The translations under genes and the position numbers were made by a program. Below the pieces are notes generated by a model that was not told where the DNA came from, did no database searches, and saw only the letters and a list, made by a program, of their open reading frames with translations. A DNA stretch of 64,000 nucleotides from Vicugna vicugna (Eukaryota), in contig MU057999.1 in NCBI GenBank assembly GCA_013265495.1, positions 806,001 to 870,000 of the forward strand, in the 5' to 3' direction. Positions 1 through 12,475 of this stretch are shown in pieces (position 1 is the stretch's first letter; every line of letters begins with the position of its first letter).

Positions 1-214
1 CCTGTGGATGCCTGGCGGTGACCCAGGTTCAAACACACATCATGGAAAAACACGTCCCAGACGGAGAGAGACGGTCCACAGGAGCCTGTGGGAGCTGCCG
101 ACAGAAGCAGCGCAGGCTGGATTCCCCTCCTGCTTCAGAGGTGGCCTCTCATCCTGTGGCCAGATCAGCGGCTGGAGCAGGGACTCCCCAGGAGACAGCC
201 GGGCCCTGGACCCC

Positions 215-345
215 CGCCAGCACTGCCACTAGCCTGTTAGCCATGGGACTTGGCGCCTCACCGAGCCCCGCTTCCTCATCTGGAAAATGTGGATGGCAGT
301 TAGTCACCAGGCCTCGGAGGGTTAAATGAAAGCTGTGCCTGAGTG
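215..345 (+). mobile_element. MIR SINE fragment
   Basis: MIR core-like 'cttcctcatctggaaaatgtgga' followed by 'gagggttaaatgaaa'. Confidence 0.6.
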
Positions 346-352
346 CTTTTAA

Positions 353-542
353 TATGTATATTTTTACTGAAGTGTAGTCAGTTTACAATGTTGTGTCAAT
401 TTCTGATGTATAGCACAATGCTGCAGTCATACATGAACATACATATATTCATTCTCATATTCTTTTTCACTAAAAGTTACTACAAGATATTGAATATAGT
501 TCCCTGTGCTATACAGTATAAACTTGTTGTTAAATGTATTTT
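353..542 (-). mobile_element. 5'-truncated young L1 3' end (artiodactyl/camelid type)
   Basis: Reverse L1 3'UTR 'actgaagtgtagtcagtttacaatgttgtgtc...gaatatagttccctgtgctatacag'. 14-bp TSD with 1 mismatch: ctgagtgcttttaa (339-352) / ctgagtgtttttaa (543-556). Confidence 0.88.
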
Positions 543-1949
543 CTGAGTGTTTTTAAACCGGAGTCTTCCCCAGGATAAGTGGCCTCTCACAGCCCCTCTG
601 GGCTCTTGGGGGCTTCTGGGAAGACCCCGCCTGGTGCAGAATCTGCCTTGTCTAGAGGATGAGATGAGGTGGGTAGACTGAGGCTGGTGGTCTGCCTCGA
701 GACGAGGAGGTCGAGAAGAAGTCAGGATGGGGAACCAGAAGACCGTCGCCAGGGCACGCCTCCTGGGGGCGTCCCTGGGTGACCGAGGTGGCCGCTGCGC
801 CGTGGCTTCCATGTTTCATGCTATGTGCAGCAGATATCCCATATGAGGAGTTAGAGTCTGTGTCTGGATAAGGATCAGTGTTGTGTTAAAAAGAAAAAAA
901 ACCTGACTTCAACAATTTTCCACTGTGGCCTAGAGATGTTGTGTGGCCTGGTGCGCTGCCCAGAGTCAGGCTCCGGCTTGTGAGGCACAGCGCTTCCTCC
1001 CACTGAGCCTGGCTCATGATCGGTGCCTAGTGGCTGTTTGCTCATAAAGAACCTTTTATTCAGTGAAACTTTTGCCTTCCAGAGAGATGCAGAGGTGATT
1101 TGGAGAAATTTGTGTGTTCTCCTTGCCTGTGTCTGCACTCAAGCCCCGCCACGCATCCATCATAGAGAGTGGTGTTTCTCAGCCTCTGCGTAAAGAGATG
1201 TCAGACTGAACAGGATGAAATTAAACTGTTAAACTGAAAGGGCCTGTTGAACCCAGGAATGTGTGACTGGGCCGCGGAGTTGTCTGTCCCCCGGGGGGCT
1301 CGGCAACAGGATGAGGTTCTCAGCAGAGGGTGGTTCCTGGAAGCCTTCCTGGAGGCAGGGGCGTGTCTTGACAAAGAATTACTCAACAGAAGTTAAATAT
1401 GGATAACAGAGCAATTTTAGTAAACATTTTACTTTTAATGTGTTTATAGTGCTGTTAATTATCTCTCTAAGTGGAGAAAATAGAAATTGTAGCACATTGA
1501 ACAAAGATTGCTGATTAGGATAATAAAATGGAAATTTTAATCAAGATGATAACTTTAAGTCAAAGGAGGTTTTCTCCTAGGCTGTTGGAGCTTTCATCTT
1601 TATTAAACACCCCATTTATCATCACCACTCCATTCATCGCCAGCATTAGATTAATATTGACAATTTAAAATAGAGATAACTTTTTCTTGCCGCTATGATG
1701 CTGGTATGGTAATGGTGCTGGGGACTTTGAAGAAGCCATCGTGAGCCGTCACGCTTCCCTCCCCTGCTGCAGTCGGCTGCTACTCTCCAACCCAGACCTC
1801 AAGGCACCAGCCACTCGGGAGGGAGGCTCCTCTCGCCAGAAACTCCTCCATGTCTCGTGTGCTCTTCACTGAGAAAGCAGAAGGCCTTTGGTGGCTTGAG
1901 GTTTTCTCTTCATGGTGGGAGTGTGTCCAGGAGTGTCACCGTCCTCTAT

Positions 1950-2250
1950 TTTTCAATCCAGTACGAGAGCTACTTGTTGAGTATCTGCGAGGTGCTGTGC
2001 AGATGCCAAAAGGGGCAGAATTCAGCCCTGCCCTGTGGAGGCCACACCTGCGCACAAGGCAGGAGACGGGAGTCACAGATGAAGCACCCAGGTGTTTAAC
2101 AGAGCTGGTCCAATGACCACATTTTGCGAACTGCTGACTTAGATGAAGAATGCTAAGAATAAGCCAGGAGGGTTACATGGAGAAGGATCCTTTGGCCTCT
2201 GCAGGAGGAGGAGGAGAAGTCCTGGAATGTGCTAGGGCCAGAGGCGGAGG
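1950..2250 (-). mobile_element. L2 LINE fragment
   Basis: Reverse L2 3'-like 'acttgttgagtatctgcgaggtgctgtgc...ccctgccctgtggag'. Confidence 0.45.
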
Positions 2251-5242
2251 GGGAAGTTTGGAGGGCAGCTGGCCCAGGGAGAAGACTGCAGAGCTTTTGC
2301 AGCTGGCGTGGAGGTGAACAGCAGGCAGACCTGGGAGGGGGCGGGGATGGGGAACTCTGTCTCCATCTCTGGAGATGGGTGAGTGGCACAGGGAGAGCTG
2401 CGGGAATGCAGGAAGGACCCTGCGGGCAGAGCCAGGAGATCTGGGGGTCAGAATCCACTCATGCCAGCTGGACAGCTTCCTCCCGAGACACAGCCTAGTC
2501 TGGACCCCACCACAGAAACCTGTGTCCCTGCTTCCTGTTGGGGTTATTATTGCTGCCTTGCTGGGTGGAGGAGGGTAGGAATGTGCCCCCTGGAGCTCTG
2601 CTCCATGAAGCCCCTACTATGGGGAACGGACCACTGGTTTGGGAAGAGGCCCGACCCTTGCTTGCAGTAAGTCTGCTGAGTCTGGCCTTAGGGGTCACCC
2701 AGCAGCAGGGTGGCCTTGGCCTCTGGGTGCTCTCCGAGGCTGGTAGCAGGCTGCTCCCGGTGGGCTGTGCCTTGCGGCACTGGGGAGGGGCCAGGGCCCA
2801 GGACACCAGCAGGAACTGCCTCCTCTTTGGAGCCTCTTCGTTCTTCCACCTTTCCCAATCCCCCAGGGCTTCTTAAATGTGCTACATCGTTTCTTAAAAG
2901 GCTCCTTTCTCTGCCTTGATCATAAAATTGCCAAGGAACAATGGCTGTCATTTAAAACAGCAGCATTAAAGCTCCTTCCCGCCAGTTACTGCAGTTGTCA
3001 TCGCTGTTCCACATCAAAGCAGCGCGGAGCTCAGGGGCACAGGGAGGAGAGCCTGGCTTCCCTGCTCCCAGGGCCGCAGGGACCAGCCTGCTGGCTGAGA
3101 CCTTCTCTGAAGGAGAGGCATCCTCCACGTTGGCCCCTGGAGAGACCGTCCTGGTTTGGGGCCTAGAGAAATGAGGCTGGGAGGCCTCCAGGGTGTGAGG
3201 ACCCCTCAGTCTTTTTGAGGGTCCTCTGAACTTGCCCTCACTGACTGCTCTCAGCCAAGGGTGTGCAATGGGAAGTGTGAGGCAGAAAGAGACCTGTGTC
3301 CCAGGCACAGAGGGGAGGAGGGACCCTGAGGCCTGAGGGCTGACTTAGGAGTCCTGGTGCTGGCTCCAGAGGGGTCTGGGCGTTGTGCCTGAGCAGGAGG
3401 GGCAGCCTGCACTGCTGGGTCCATACTGACTGGGATGATGCTTGAGGGGTCATGATGCACCCCATCCCATCCCTGTTCCCCAGAGCTCTCCTCTGGCGGC
3501 CCTATGGGCACGAGGACACAGGCAGTCTCCCCATGGATGGCGCGGGGCCAGCGGCAGCAGACCCTCTGGCTGGTTGGTGCTGAGCCAGGAGGGTGTCTGT
3601 GTCCTTTCCCTGGGAACAGTCCTGCAGAAGCAGCTGGGAGGGAAGTGGCATCACAGTGGAAGGATGGGCCTTGGCCCAGGTCTGGATTAGGAGCTGCCTT
3701 CGTCCCCTCTTCCGTGATGGACCGTTGCCCTGTTTGCTCCTGGCTGAAGTCCTGAATGTGTTTGGGACGAAAGGTGCTGGTTCTGTGTCACTCCAGGCTG
3801 GGTCCAGGGAGGAAGGCAAGAGGCACTGGGCCCCCCAGGACTGGGCAGGCCTTGTCTGGAAGGAAGAACCCCTGCTTCAGGGAGACGGCCCAGCAGGTTG
3901 CACACATGGCTCCTTAATGCAATGCTGCTTCTTAGTGACAGGTTTCCAAGGATGGTTACGGTCTCTGGAGAGACTGCTTTCCAGGGTCTCCTTTGGGATC
4001 TGCTCCCCTTTCTCTCCCCCTGCCTCCTCCTCTTTCTCAATCTCTTCACATCTTCTTCTGTAAATTCCCTTCCTTCTAGAGTCACCCTCTTCCTGACAGC
4101 CCCCGGGCACACCCCTTGAAATCTGCGGACAGTTGTTTGCATGGTGAGATGCACAGGGCTGTCTTGGCTTTTCCAGTCTTATCTCTTTGTGGGAGCCAAA
4201 CCATGCTCATTGTCCTCGGTGCCGTGACCCATGGGCACTGTGGTCACTCTTCACTGCCTGACAAAGGATAGTTGGTTTCGCAATCTGAGGTCTGTTTAGA
4301 TGTTAAGCCTTACAGAGTAAGGCATAAATATTGAATCCTCTTTGTTACACATTTAATGAATTCTGTTGGCTGAAAATCATAAAATGATGAGAATCCTGAC
4401 AGTCTGAGAAACAAATTGTAACCTGCTTCACCTTTCTGTAGCTACACCCACGCTCCGAGCCGGACTGTCGTCCTTTGCCCGATGTGCTTCTGGGGACCTT
4501 AGGATGAGCCTGGATCTTAACACATCCTTCTTTGCTCAATGTCTGTCTTGAAATTCTGCCCAAAGGTGGGTTTTTCAGTACAGCCTCAGAGCTACAAGGA
4601 TCTGTCCAAGTTCAGATTACGTGCCCGGCCCTGGTCCCTGCAGGTAGTTCTGCACTTAACCCACCTCAGGGGTAAAGTTTTCCTGCCTATTTTAAGTGGT
4701 CTCAACAGGACAGGGCACTGCCATCTGGTGTCATCCTCCTCCCCCCATGTCTCACCACTGTTCGCCTCAGTGGTCCCCTCCTTTTGTCCTCCCCACCCCT
4801 CTGGCAGCCTGCCTCCACCAGAAATCGGCAGCCACAGCGCACCCTGCCACTCCCACCCTGGCGAGCCGCATTTTCACAGATGGCTCTGTTAAATCTGGAT
4901 GGGTTCCGAAGATGTTATTTGATTTCTGCAGCCCTCTTGTGCCAAGACCATATGGGGCTACAGGAGAAAAGGGCAGTGGGTCAGGCACTTAATCCCCCAT
5001 CCACCACCCCCCATATCTCCTTCGGGCAACTTCTTCATGGGATTTTAGTTAGTCCTTTGTGGTAAAGTGATGGGATTTTGAAGAGGATTTTGGTGGGTGC
5101 ATCCAAGTGCAGCAGAATGCATCAGCCTCACCAGGAGGAGAGCTGAAGGCCTGAAAAGACACAAAGTGACATCTGGAGAGAATGAAACCACTCTCTTCCC
5201 AGACTTTGGGTGCTGATGTCTGGGGGTGCAGTAAATCTGGAG

Positions 5243-5267
5243 AGACAGACAGACAGACAGACAGACA
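5243..5267. repeat. (GACA)n microsatellite
   Basis: agacagacagacagacagacagaca seen directly. Confidence 0.9.
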
Positions 5268-5769
5268 ACCCCGAGCGCCCTGATGATTGATCTGTGTTGT
5301 ACGAAGAATGACCAGCCCTGCCTTTAGCAGAGCGCCACGGTCATGGGATAAGGGACAGGGATGGGGAGAGGCTGTGATGCGGGGAGTGTGAGTGGGACGG
5401 GGCTGGGCTGGGGTCAGGATGTCGGGGTCCGAGGGCTGACCCAGCTGCCATCTGCTGTGAGCCCATGGGCGCATGGCTTTACCACCTGAGCCCCATGTTC
5501 TCCTAGCCACAAAGTCGGGAGGGCTGGGAGATCTCTTTCTATGACTGTCACATCTGGGTAGGGGTTGGGAGAGAGGGAGGAGAAGGAGGAGGAGGAGGCG
5601 GCGGCAAGGCATTGCAGAACCCCAGGAGGTGGTGTGCTTGCACCCATCTGACTCACGGTACCCACCCTCCCTGGGTCACCCCGAAAAAAACCAGAGTAGG
5701 CCAGGGGTGCCCCTGAGGACTCCCCTAGTTCATGTGGTGGATTTGGGCAGTTGCTCCCAAAGGAGCTAG

Positions 5770-6100
5770 AAATGGGAAGAAACGGAATACATGTTTTGAG
5801 GGTAAAACAACAGATTTTAGTGATGGTTTGGCTGTGGGAAGTAGAGGAAGGGGAGTTGTCAAAGGTGGTTTCCAGATTTTTGGCTTTTCCAGTTGATGGA
5901 TGCTGGTACCACTTGTTTAACTGGGAGGGAATGGAAGCCTGCCATGTTTGGGGGATCTGAACGTGCTGACTCTGAGCTGTGGTGAGACTTCCAAGTGAAC
6001 GTGGTGAAGGAGATTGCATGTGTGGGTCTGGGGCTCTAAGGAGAGGTCTGTGGTCCGAGATTGAGGTGGAAGGTTGGTAGCCATGGGTATACAGGTAGTG
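5770..6100 (-). mobile_element. L2 LINE fragment
   Basis: Typical reverse L2 text 'gatggtttggctgtggg...tccagatttttggctt...tggatgctggtacca...gggtctggggctctaaggagaggtctg'. Confidence 0.7.
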
Positions 6101-7185
6101 AGTTCCCCACGGGGAACACCAGGGCCCAACAGTGTCCTTGGACTCTTCTCATCAGGACAGAGAACAGAGAAGGCTTTGGGGCCCTTGCTCTGCCCAGAGC
6201 TATGGGTGGAGAGTGTGAGACACAAGTTCCCTAAAGGATTTTGGGATTGTCAGCAAAGCCCATTGCCCTCAGCCAGGACCCAGAGCCCATCCATCACGGA
6301 CTCCCTTCCACAAGCCCAGACTTGACCTCGGAATCCTTTTTGACAGTGACTACTACCTGCTGAAATCCTGTCATGACCAGCAGCTGCTTGTGTTCTCTCC
6401 TGCCCCGGAGGTTAACCCGAGGCTCCCGTGCAGAAAAATGGTGTCTGTCTTGCTGCAGGCCCCGAGCTGATGTCAGGTGGGGCTGACTTGGGGCTCCAGG
6501 TGATGGATCTGGGATTACTGGGAGAAATTTTGCCATTAGGTGCTCAGTGAATATGTGTGGAATGAGCAGATGTCCAGAAAAGTGGGTGAACACAGCCTCT
6601 TGGGGGCAGAGGCACAAGGAATCTCCCGGATGAGCTCAGAGACTGAGCTGAGCTGAGCAGAGTCCGGGAAGTACTCACTGAAAGGTGATCTGTGTCCTCA
6701 TCTTGATCAAATGTCTCTTTCTGGACCAAGTCAGACCCACCATGAACCTGGCCTCCTGGTTTCCACTCCTCAAGGAATTACCATTACTGCCCTGCACCTG
6801 GGCAGGACGCTGTCAGCCTGCACGGTGGGGCTTTAGAAGAACAGGCCCAGGAAAGTCTTGGTGTTTGTCGTGAGGGTGTTGTTGGCAGTGTTCATTGCAT
6901 TACACGGTGTCCTTGTCTGGGCCCGTGGGAGGTATTTGATTCCAGCTTCCGTATCAAGAACAGTGGGCTTTTCTGAGCAATCATTTTGTTTATGTCCTTT
7001 GGACCCCATGACCCGTGAAACTGATCAGGTTTTCCTCATCCATCGACCGCTAGAAAATCCAGCTTTAATGTGTGGCTTGGCCAGAGAAAATGAGTTGTTT
7101 TAGCCTCACCATGGGCTCCAATTTATGTCTTTACTCTTGGTTTGGCTTTCCTTCCCACCTATTTTTCTTTAGAGATTCCCTATTG

Positions 7186-7340
7186 CTTTTTTCTCTTGAT
7201 ACAGAACAAATATAGATGCTCTACAAAATTTAAAAAACATAGAAAACTATAAAGAAGAAAACTGCATTAATTGTATTCCTTACCCCTCCTGGTGGCAACC
7301 TTAAATTTTGTGTTCAGTTTACCTGTCTCAGTCCTATACA
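7186..7340 (-). mobile_element. old L1 (L1ME-like) 3' fragment
   Basis: 'aaaatttaaaaaacatagaaaactataaagaagaaa...ggcaacc' resembles reverse L1ME 3' ends. Confidence 0.5.
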
Positions 7341-8155
7341 CGCATGAGCACATGGCACATAGGTGTGCAAACACACGTACACACATGCACAACGGTCAGA
7401 CAGCAGTTGCACCACCTTATACAGAGTATTTGGTAATTTAAAAATTGCAAAACAGAAGGTGTTTTTTACCTGGTTACTTATATATCTTATAGTATTTTAC
7501 ATAATCCTTGTAAGCCACCTTAAATCTTCTAAAACAGAGTGGATTATAAATAAAATAAAATGTAAGAGTTAAGGCAGAGACTTCCAAGGAAGCTTTGGAA
7601 CCCAGGGTGAGGCAGGACCTGTGGCAAAATCTCGAGAAGGGCTCAGAGGTGCTCCGCAGAAGCTAGAGGCTCCGGACGGGGATGCCAGAGCTGCCTCGCA
7701 GGTGGAGTTGCTCTGGGAAGGCTGTCTTTGGTTCTTGAGGGAATTTTGAACACACTGGAAGAAATTCAAAGGTGCGCATTGGATTCCACAGTCAGACTGG
7801 AAGAAACTTGCCTGTTGAACCTGTAGACAGAGGACTGGGGCTACTGTGAGGGGTGAGAAATGGGGGAATGTGCACCCTGTGAATGACCTACCACTCATCC
7901 GAGCAGAGACAGCAGAGGTCACCTCTAAGCACCAGGATGGCTCCTGGTGACAGCCTGGGCTGTGACCTGGGTATCCGCACTGTGATGCAGATGGTATGTA
8001 AAACTGTCTCCCGATACGTTTTTCCGTAGCAGTAGGCTGCTTGATAACCCAGTAGCCTTTCCACCAGTGATGCTGGGGGAAGGAGAAAGGGGATATACTG
8101 CAGGGTAGGGCAAAAAGGAGGCAGGACCTAGAGACGTTTCTGCTCTAGGATAACT

Positions 8156-8305
8156 CTTTTTTTAAAAACACCTTTATTGTGGTATGGCTCCTGTACAGTA
8201 AACTACACATATTTCAGATGTACACTTTGATGAATTTCGATAGATGTCTACACCCATGAAACCACCGCCACAATCAAGATAGCTAACATCTCCATCACTC
8301 CCTAA
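8156..8305 (-). mobile_element. L1 (L1MB-like) 3' end
   Basis: T-run, then 'ctttattgtggtatg...gtacactttgatgaattt...ccatgaaaccaccgccacaatcaagatag...catctccatcactccc'. Confidence 0.75.
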
Positions 8306-8339
8306 CTTAAGGTGTAATTTTTTAATTGGGATCTCTTAT

Positions 8340-8570
8340 GATTGAGTCCTGACCTGGTTCCAGGCACTCTGCTGAGTGTTTTATGTCTGTTCATCATTGG
8401 ATCCACAAAGCAACTCGATGAGATGGTAATATTAGCATTATACCCATTTTACAGATGATGAAATAGAGGAAGAGGAGTCAAGTCACTTACTTAAGGTCAT
8501 GTAGCTACTAATGGGTGGAGGCAGGTCCAAAGTCAAGCGAGCTGACTGTAGATTTTACCCTTAACCCCAT
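8340..8570 (-). mobile_element. MIR SINE, near full length
   Basis: 'ccaggcactctgctgagtgtttta...cccattttacagatgatgaaatagagg...aagtcacttacttaaggtca'. Confidence 0.82.
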
Positions 8571-9129
8571 AAGACTCCAAGAGCGCACACAGGAGTACAA
8601 ATAAGATTGTGCGTCTGGTTCCTGGAGGAAGGCAGAGAGCTGGAGAGGAAGGCGAGGGTGGAACTGGATGCCGGTGCCCCAGGGACCCCACTTTGCGGTG
8701 GGGGAAGGTGGTGGAGGTACTGCGGGCTTGGAGATCCTCAGACAGGTTGCCAGGAGTGTGGGGGAAGAACAGGCAGATGGGAGGAGGCCAGGAGTGGGGC
8801 TGCAGCCCAGCGAGAGGGATCTGTGCAGGCCCCCAGGGTCTGAAAAATTGGGGAATTCATCCTTCCCTTGGGGGGCAGGCTGGGCACTCCGTGTGGGCAG
8901 GGGCTGGAGCAGGCGGCCACATCTCATGTCCCCGTAAGTGAGGATAGCTCAGCATCCCCGCACCCTACCCCATCTCAGGGTGGGGGAGGGAGGACAAAGG
9001 AGCCTGAGTGTTATCTGAAAGGAGGTTTTTTTAAACCAGAAGAAAGGGAATTTTCTCTACTTGCACAGTTTACTTTTGTCTGCTGTCATCAGAGCTTGGT
9101 GCTGATGAACGAGAGATCAGATTTTAGAC

Positions 9130-9412
9130 CTGTTTTGTTCAGTCTGGTAGCTACTAGCCACGTGTGGCTCTTGAGCAGTTGGAATGCGGCTGCTCCTTAC
9201 TGAGAGGTGCTGTAAGTGTCAGAGAGATCCCGGACGTGGAAGAATTTGTCTGAAAGAAAGAATAAAATAGCTCAATGATTTGTGTATTGAGTACATGTTT
9301 AATGGTACCATTTGGACATTTCAGGGCTAGGTAATTATTAAAATGGATTTCACTTTTATTAATGTGAAATTTAAAATGACATGTGGCATTATATTTCTGC
9401 TGGACAGCAGTG
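9130..9412. mobile_element. hAT-Charlie non-autonomous element (MER33/MER3-like)
   Basis: Perfect 8-bp TSD ttttagac (9122-9129, 9413-9420). Internal 'gtagctactagccacgtgtggctcttgagca' and terminal 'ggacagcagtg'. Confidence 0.82.
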
Positions 9413-12400
9413 TTTTAGACAAAGAGGAAAGTTGTAAAAAAAACAGGAAGGAAGGCTGTGAATTTTGCACCTCTCACTGACCTGTGTGAATTTATGGGGC
9501 ATAAAGTGCATCTGAAGAAGGGATGAGTCCTTGCAGAGCTGGTGTTAGGTTGGGTTCCTGGGCAGGGTGTTGTGGTGGGGCTCTGATGCCAGGAAGCCAG
9601 GGGAAGACGAGGGAGCCCGCCCAGGAGCGTGGGGATGCGGGTTGAGCTCCAGGGGGCGGCTCCAGGGAGACCCAGCATGTCACTGAGTTTCCCCGGTGGC
9701 GCCTGTCCCCGACTGCTCCTCTGTGTCCTCTCAGTACCTTTTCCTCCCTCTGAATCTCTGCCTCCTGGCCCCCCTCACACCCCAGCCTCCACCTAGCTGC
9801 CTTCTCCTGATGCAAGCATCCTGGTTGGCAAGATTCAGCTTTTCACACCAGGCCGTGTCATGGCCATCGACCGGATGTCAGCCTGGAGTCAGTGCCGGCC
9901 TCCGATCCACTTGGTGATGACCTCTGTGTGGATGCCAGTTTGACGTGTGCCCCTGGAGCAGAGGGCAAGGAAGTTGGGCCTGACGGGCACTATGATGAAA
10001 GGGGGTGGGGGTGAGGGTCGGTCACAAGAACAGAAGCAAAAGACCGGCAGTGTCCATCCAGGTACCACGCCGAGGGGCAGTGCCCGCCCCAAGCACCTGT
10101 CCAGGGGCAATACCTGTACATCTCCAGGGTGGAAGTGAAGGCAGAGCCTGCGAGCCTGATGCTCCTGAATATTTAAATTCTATCATCCATTTCTATGTAC
10201 CTGCTGGATCCTGTGACTCTCTGTACAGCTTGTCTATGGGTGGGTCAACATTGGTCAGCCAGCAGAGGTACTCCGGCTAATTTCATTTGAAAGTGACACA
10301 TTGGGATCCTGGTTACTCATTACTCTTTGTGAATGTTGCTGGCAGGAGTCGCTCCCCCCCACCCCCCGTTACTACAGCTGTGGGTCTGACCTGGCTGGGA
10401 TGATTTCATGAAAGATGGTACCACGCTGGTAGGCTTCCTGGAAGCCATCCAGGGGGTCTTAGTATGTGCCATCCCCGCACCTAACCTTTACAGAACTTCA
10501 GGCTGGCAGTGTTCCCTTGCTCTCAATGGCAAGCGTTTGGTCCCATCAGCATCGTCCTCATCACTGTTGTCATCTCCAGGGCGTCACTGTAGATTGGAGT
10601 GGCATGTACTCCTTGCTCAGGGCCCCAGAAGGCTGTCCTGTTACCATCCCAAATGCTTATTTGGTCCCCTAATGGGTCAGAATCAAGGACGATGCTTTGA
10701 GTGTGTTTATGCGAGCACTTGGCGTGGCACGTGGGAGGGCATCTGGGGTTCCATAGCCGAGTAATTAAACAGGAGAATATATCTGGTGTCCAGGTAATTA
10801 CTGCTGAACATCTGCTAACTGTGGAGTTTCACTGATGGCTGGCGTTGTTAGGCACGAAAGCGGTGGTGTGTTTGCACTCAACACGGCAAAGGGATGATTT
10901 AAAATCTATTCCCATCAGTGGCCCACAGAGCAGCCCTGACATAAATTAAGGAAGCCGGAAGCTTATGTAACCTGACCCAAAAATCACTTCCAGAAAGGGG
11001 CACAGGAGAGCTCCCTCTGCTCCGGAAAGGCTGCTAGAAATAACAGCATGAAATGATCGACTCTTGATTGAAGAAGGAGAGTTGGTCGAGCCCACGCGTC
11101 TTGACTGTGGAGGAAACTGAGGCAGCGCAGGGAGGGGAGGTGACCACAGAAGTCGGTGACAGAGCCAGGACCAGCTGGCCAGACCCTCCCACCAGAGCAT
11201 CCCCCAGCAGGTCCCCAAAGCCCTGCCTGCCCTGGCAGATCCCTTGGAGGCACTTACAGACAGCCTTGGTTCCATCTCATCCTGCTGCCTGGCCACGTGG
11301 GGGGCAAGCTGTTTACCCCACCTCCTCCCTCTGCACGATCATGGGAGCCAAGACCCACGGATGGAGGGGAGGAGGAATTTGGGAAAGTCTCACCTCTGGT
11401 TTGGAGGCCTTTTCCTTTTTCCCATTCACATCTGAGAGGCAGAAGAACACCCGGGAGTTCTCCTGGGCTCCTGTGTCTCTCTTTTCGTCTTTGCCTCCTG
11501 GTTAACTGTTTCAGGCTCTGCCCCAGGAGGTGTGGTGTAACATCTTCTCTCTTCTCTCGCTCTGTAATTGCTCTTCCCTCGGCCTCACCAAGTGATGGCT
11601 GCCAACCAGCAGAGAAACTCTTAAATGCAGCCTCGCGGTGGTGGCAACCAGGAGGCGTAGGGAAGCTTGCCTTAGACCGCGCTCTCCACCCAGTCTTCCT
11701 GCGGGAAGTTAACTTGGAGGGTGGGAGGAGGTGTCCAGCCCATTCAAGGCCGTTCTGGTCAAGGAGTGTGGCAGGTCTGGGCCCTGATCTGGTCCAAGGG
11801 TGCTGAGATCTCTAATGGGCCCACCCCAGGGTACTGCTCTGACACCCTGAACTCCCCGGCAGAGTCCCCACTGAGCCTTCTGCTGGGGCCTGCAGTGCCC
11901 TCACTGGTCTCATAGCATCTTCCTCTGACCCTCACGACCCTGACTTCAGTCTCTGTGGAGCCTGCCAGCTGCCCCATTAGGACTTCACATCTCTCCTACC
12001 CAAATGCGATCATTCATTCAATTAACAGACACTTACTTGCAGACTTTTCCTTATTTTTTAAATAAAGATTTATGTTACCAAATCACTAAGTACATTTTTT
12101 TCTGATTCCTCTTCCAATCTGTGTTTAGACGCATACAAATTTACTGATCATTTCTCCTTGCATAATCTCTGTAATTTTCACTTGTCAGTGGTTTTGTAAC
12201 AGTCCCTGAAGTGGCTGTTTAGTATTTAACCATTCCCCTGTTTTGTGAAATTGGAAATAAGTATATCATGTATTTAACTTTTCTTCCCCATACTGCTTTT
12301 TCTGTCCTTTGATAAACTCTGAAGAGTGGATTGTTTTTGAGCACTCAGAGCTGTTAAAAGTGCAGAGTTGCATCGTATGCACATTTAAGTGAGCAGAATT

Positions 12401-12429
12401 TAACTCTAGCAAAAGAGAAGGAGTGGAAA

Positions 12430-12439
12430 TACACGCGCG

Positions 12440-12470
<31 letters not shown>

Positions 12471-12475
12471 GCGCA
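12430..12475. repeat. (CA)n/(CG)n alternating purine-pyrimidine tract
   Basis: acacgcgcgcacacacacacacacaaacacacacacacacgcgca seen directly. Confidence 0.9.

Noticed and set aside
343..546. Hydrophobic 67 aa ORF (similar one at 46824-47135)
   Set aside because: Antisense read-through of an L1 3'UTR
11068..11806. Overlapping 145 aa and 216 aa ORFs
   Set aside because: No recognisable homology, and expected by chance at this GC content
11785..11810. REST/NRSE-like site (tcagcacccttggaccag on minus strand)
   Set aside because: Wrong half-site spacing and a mismatched right half
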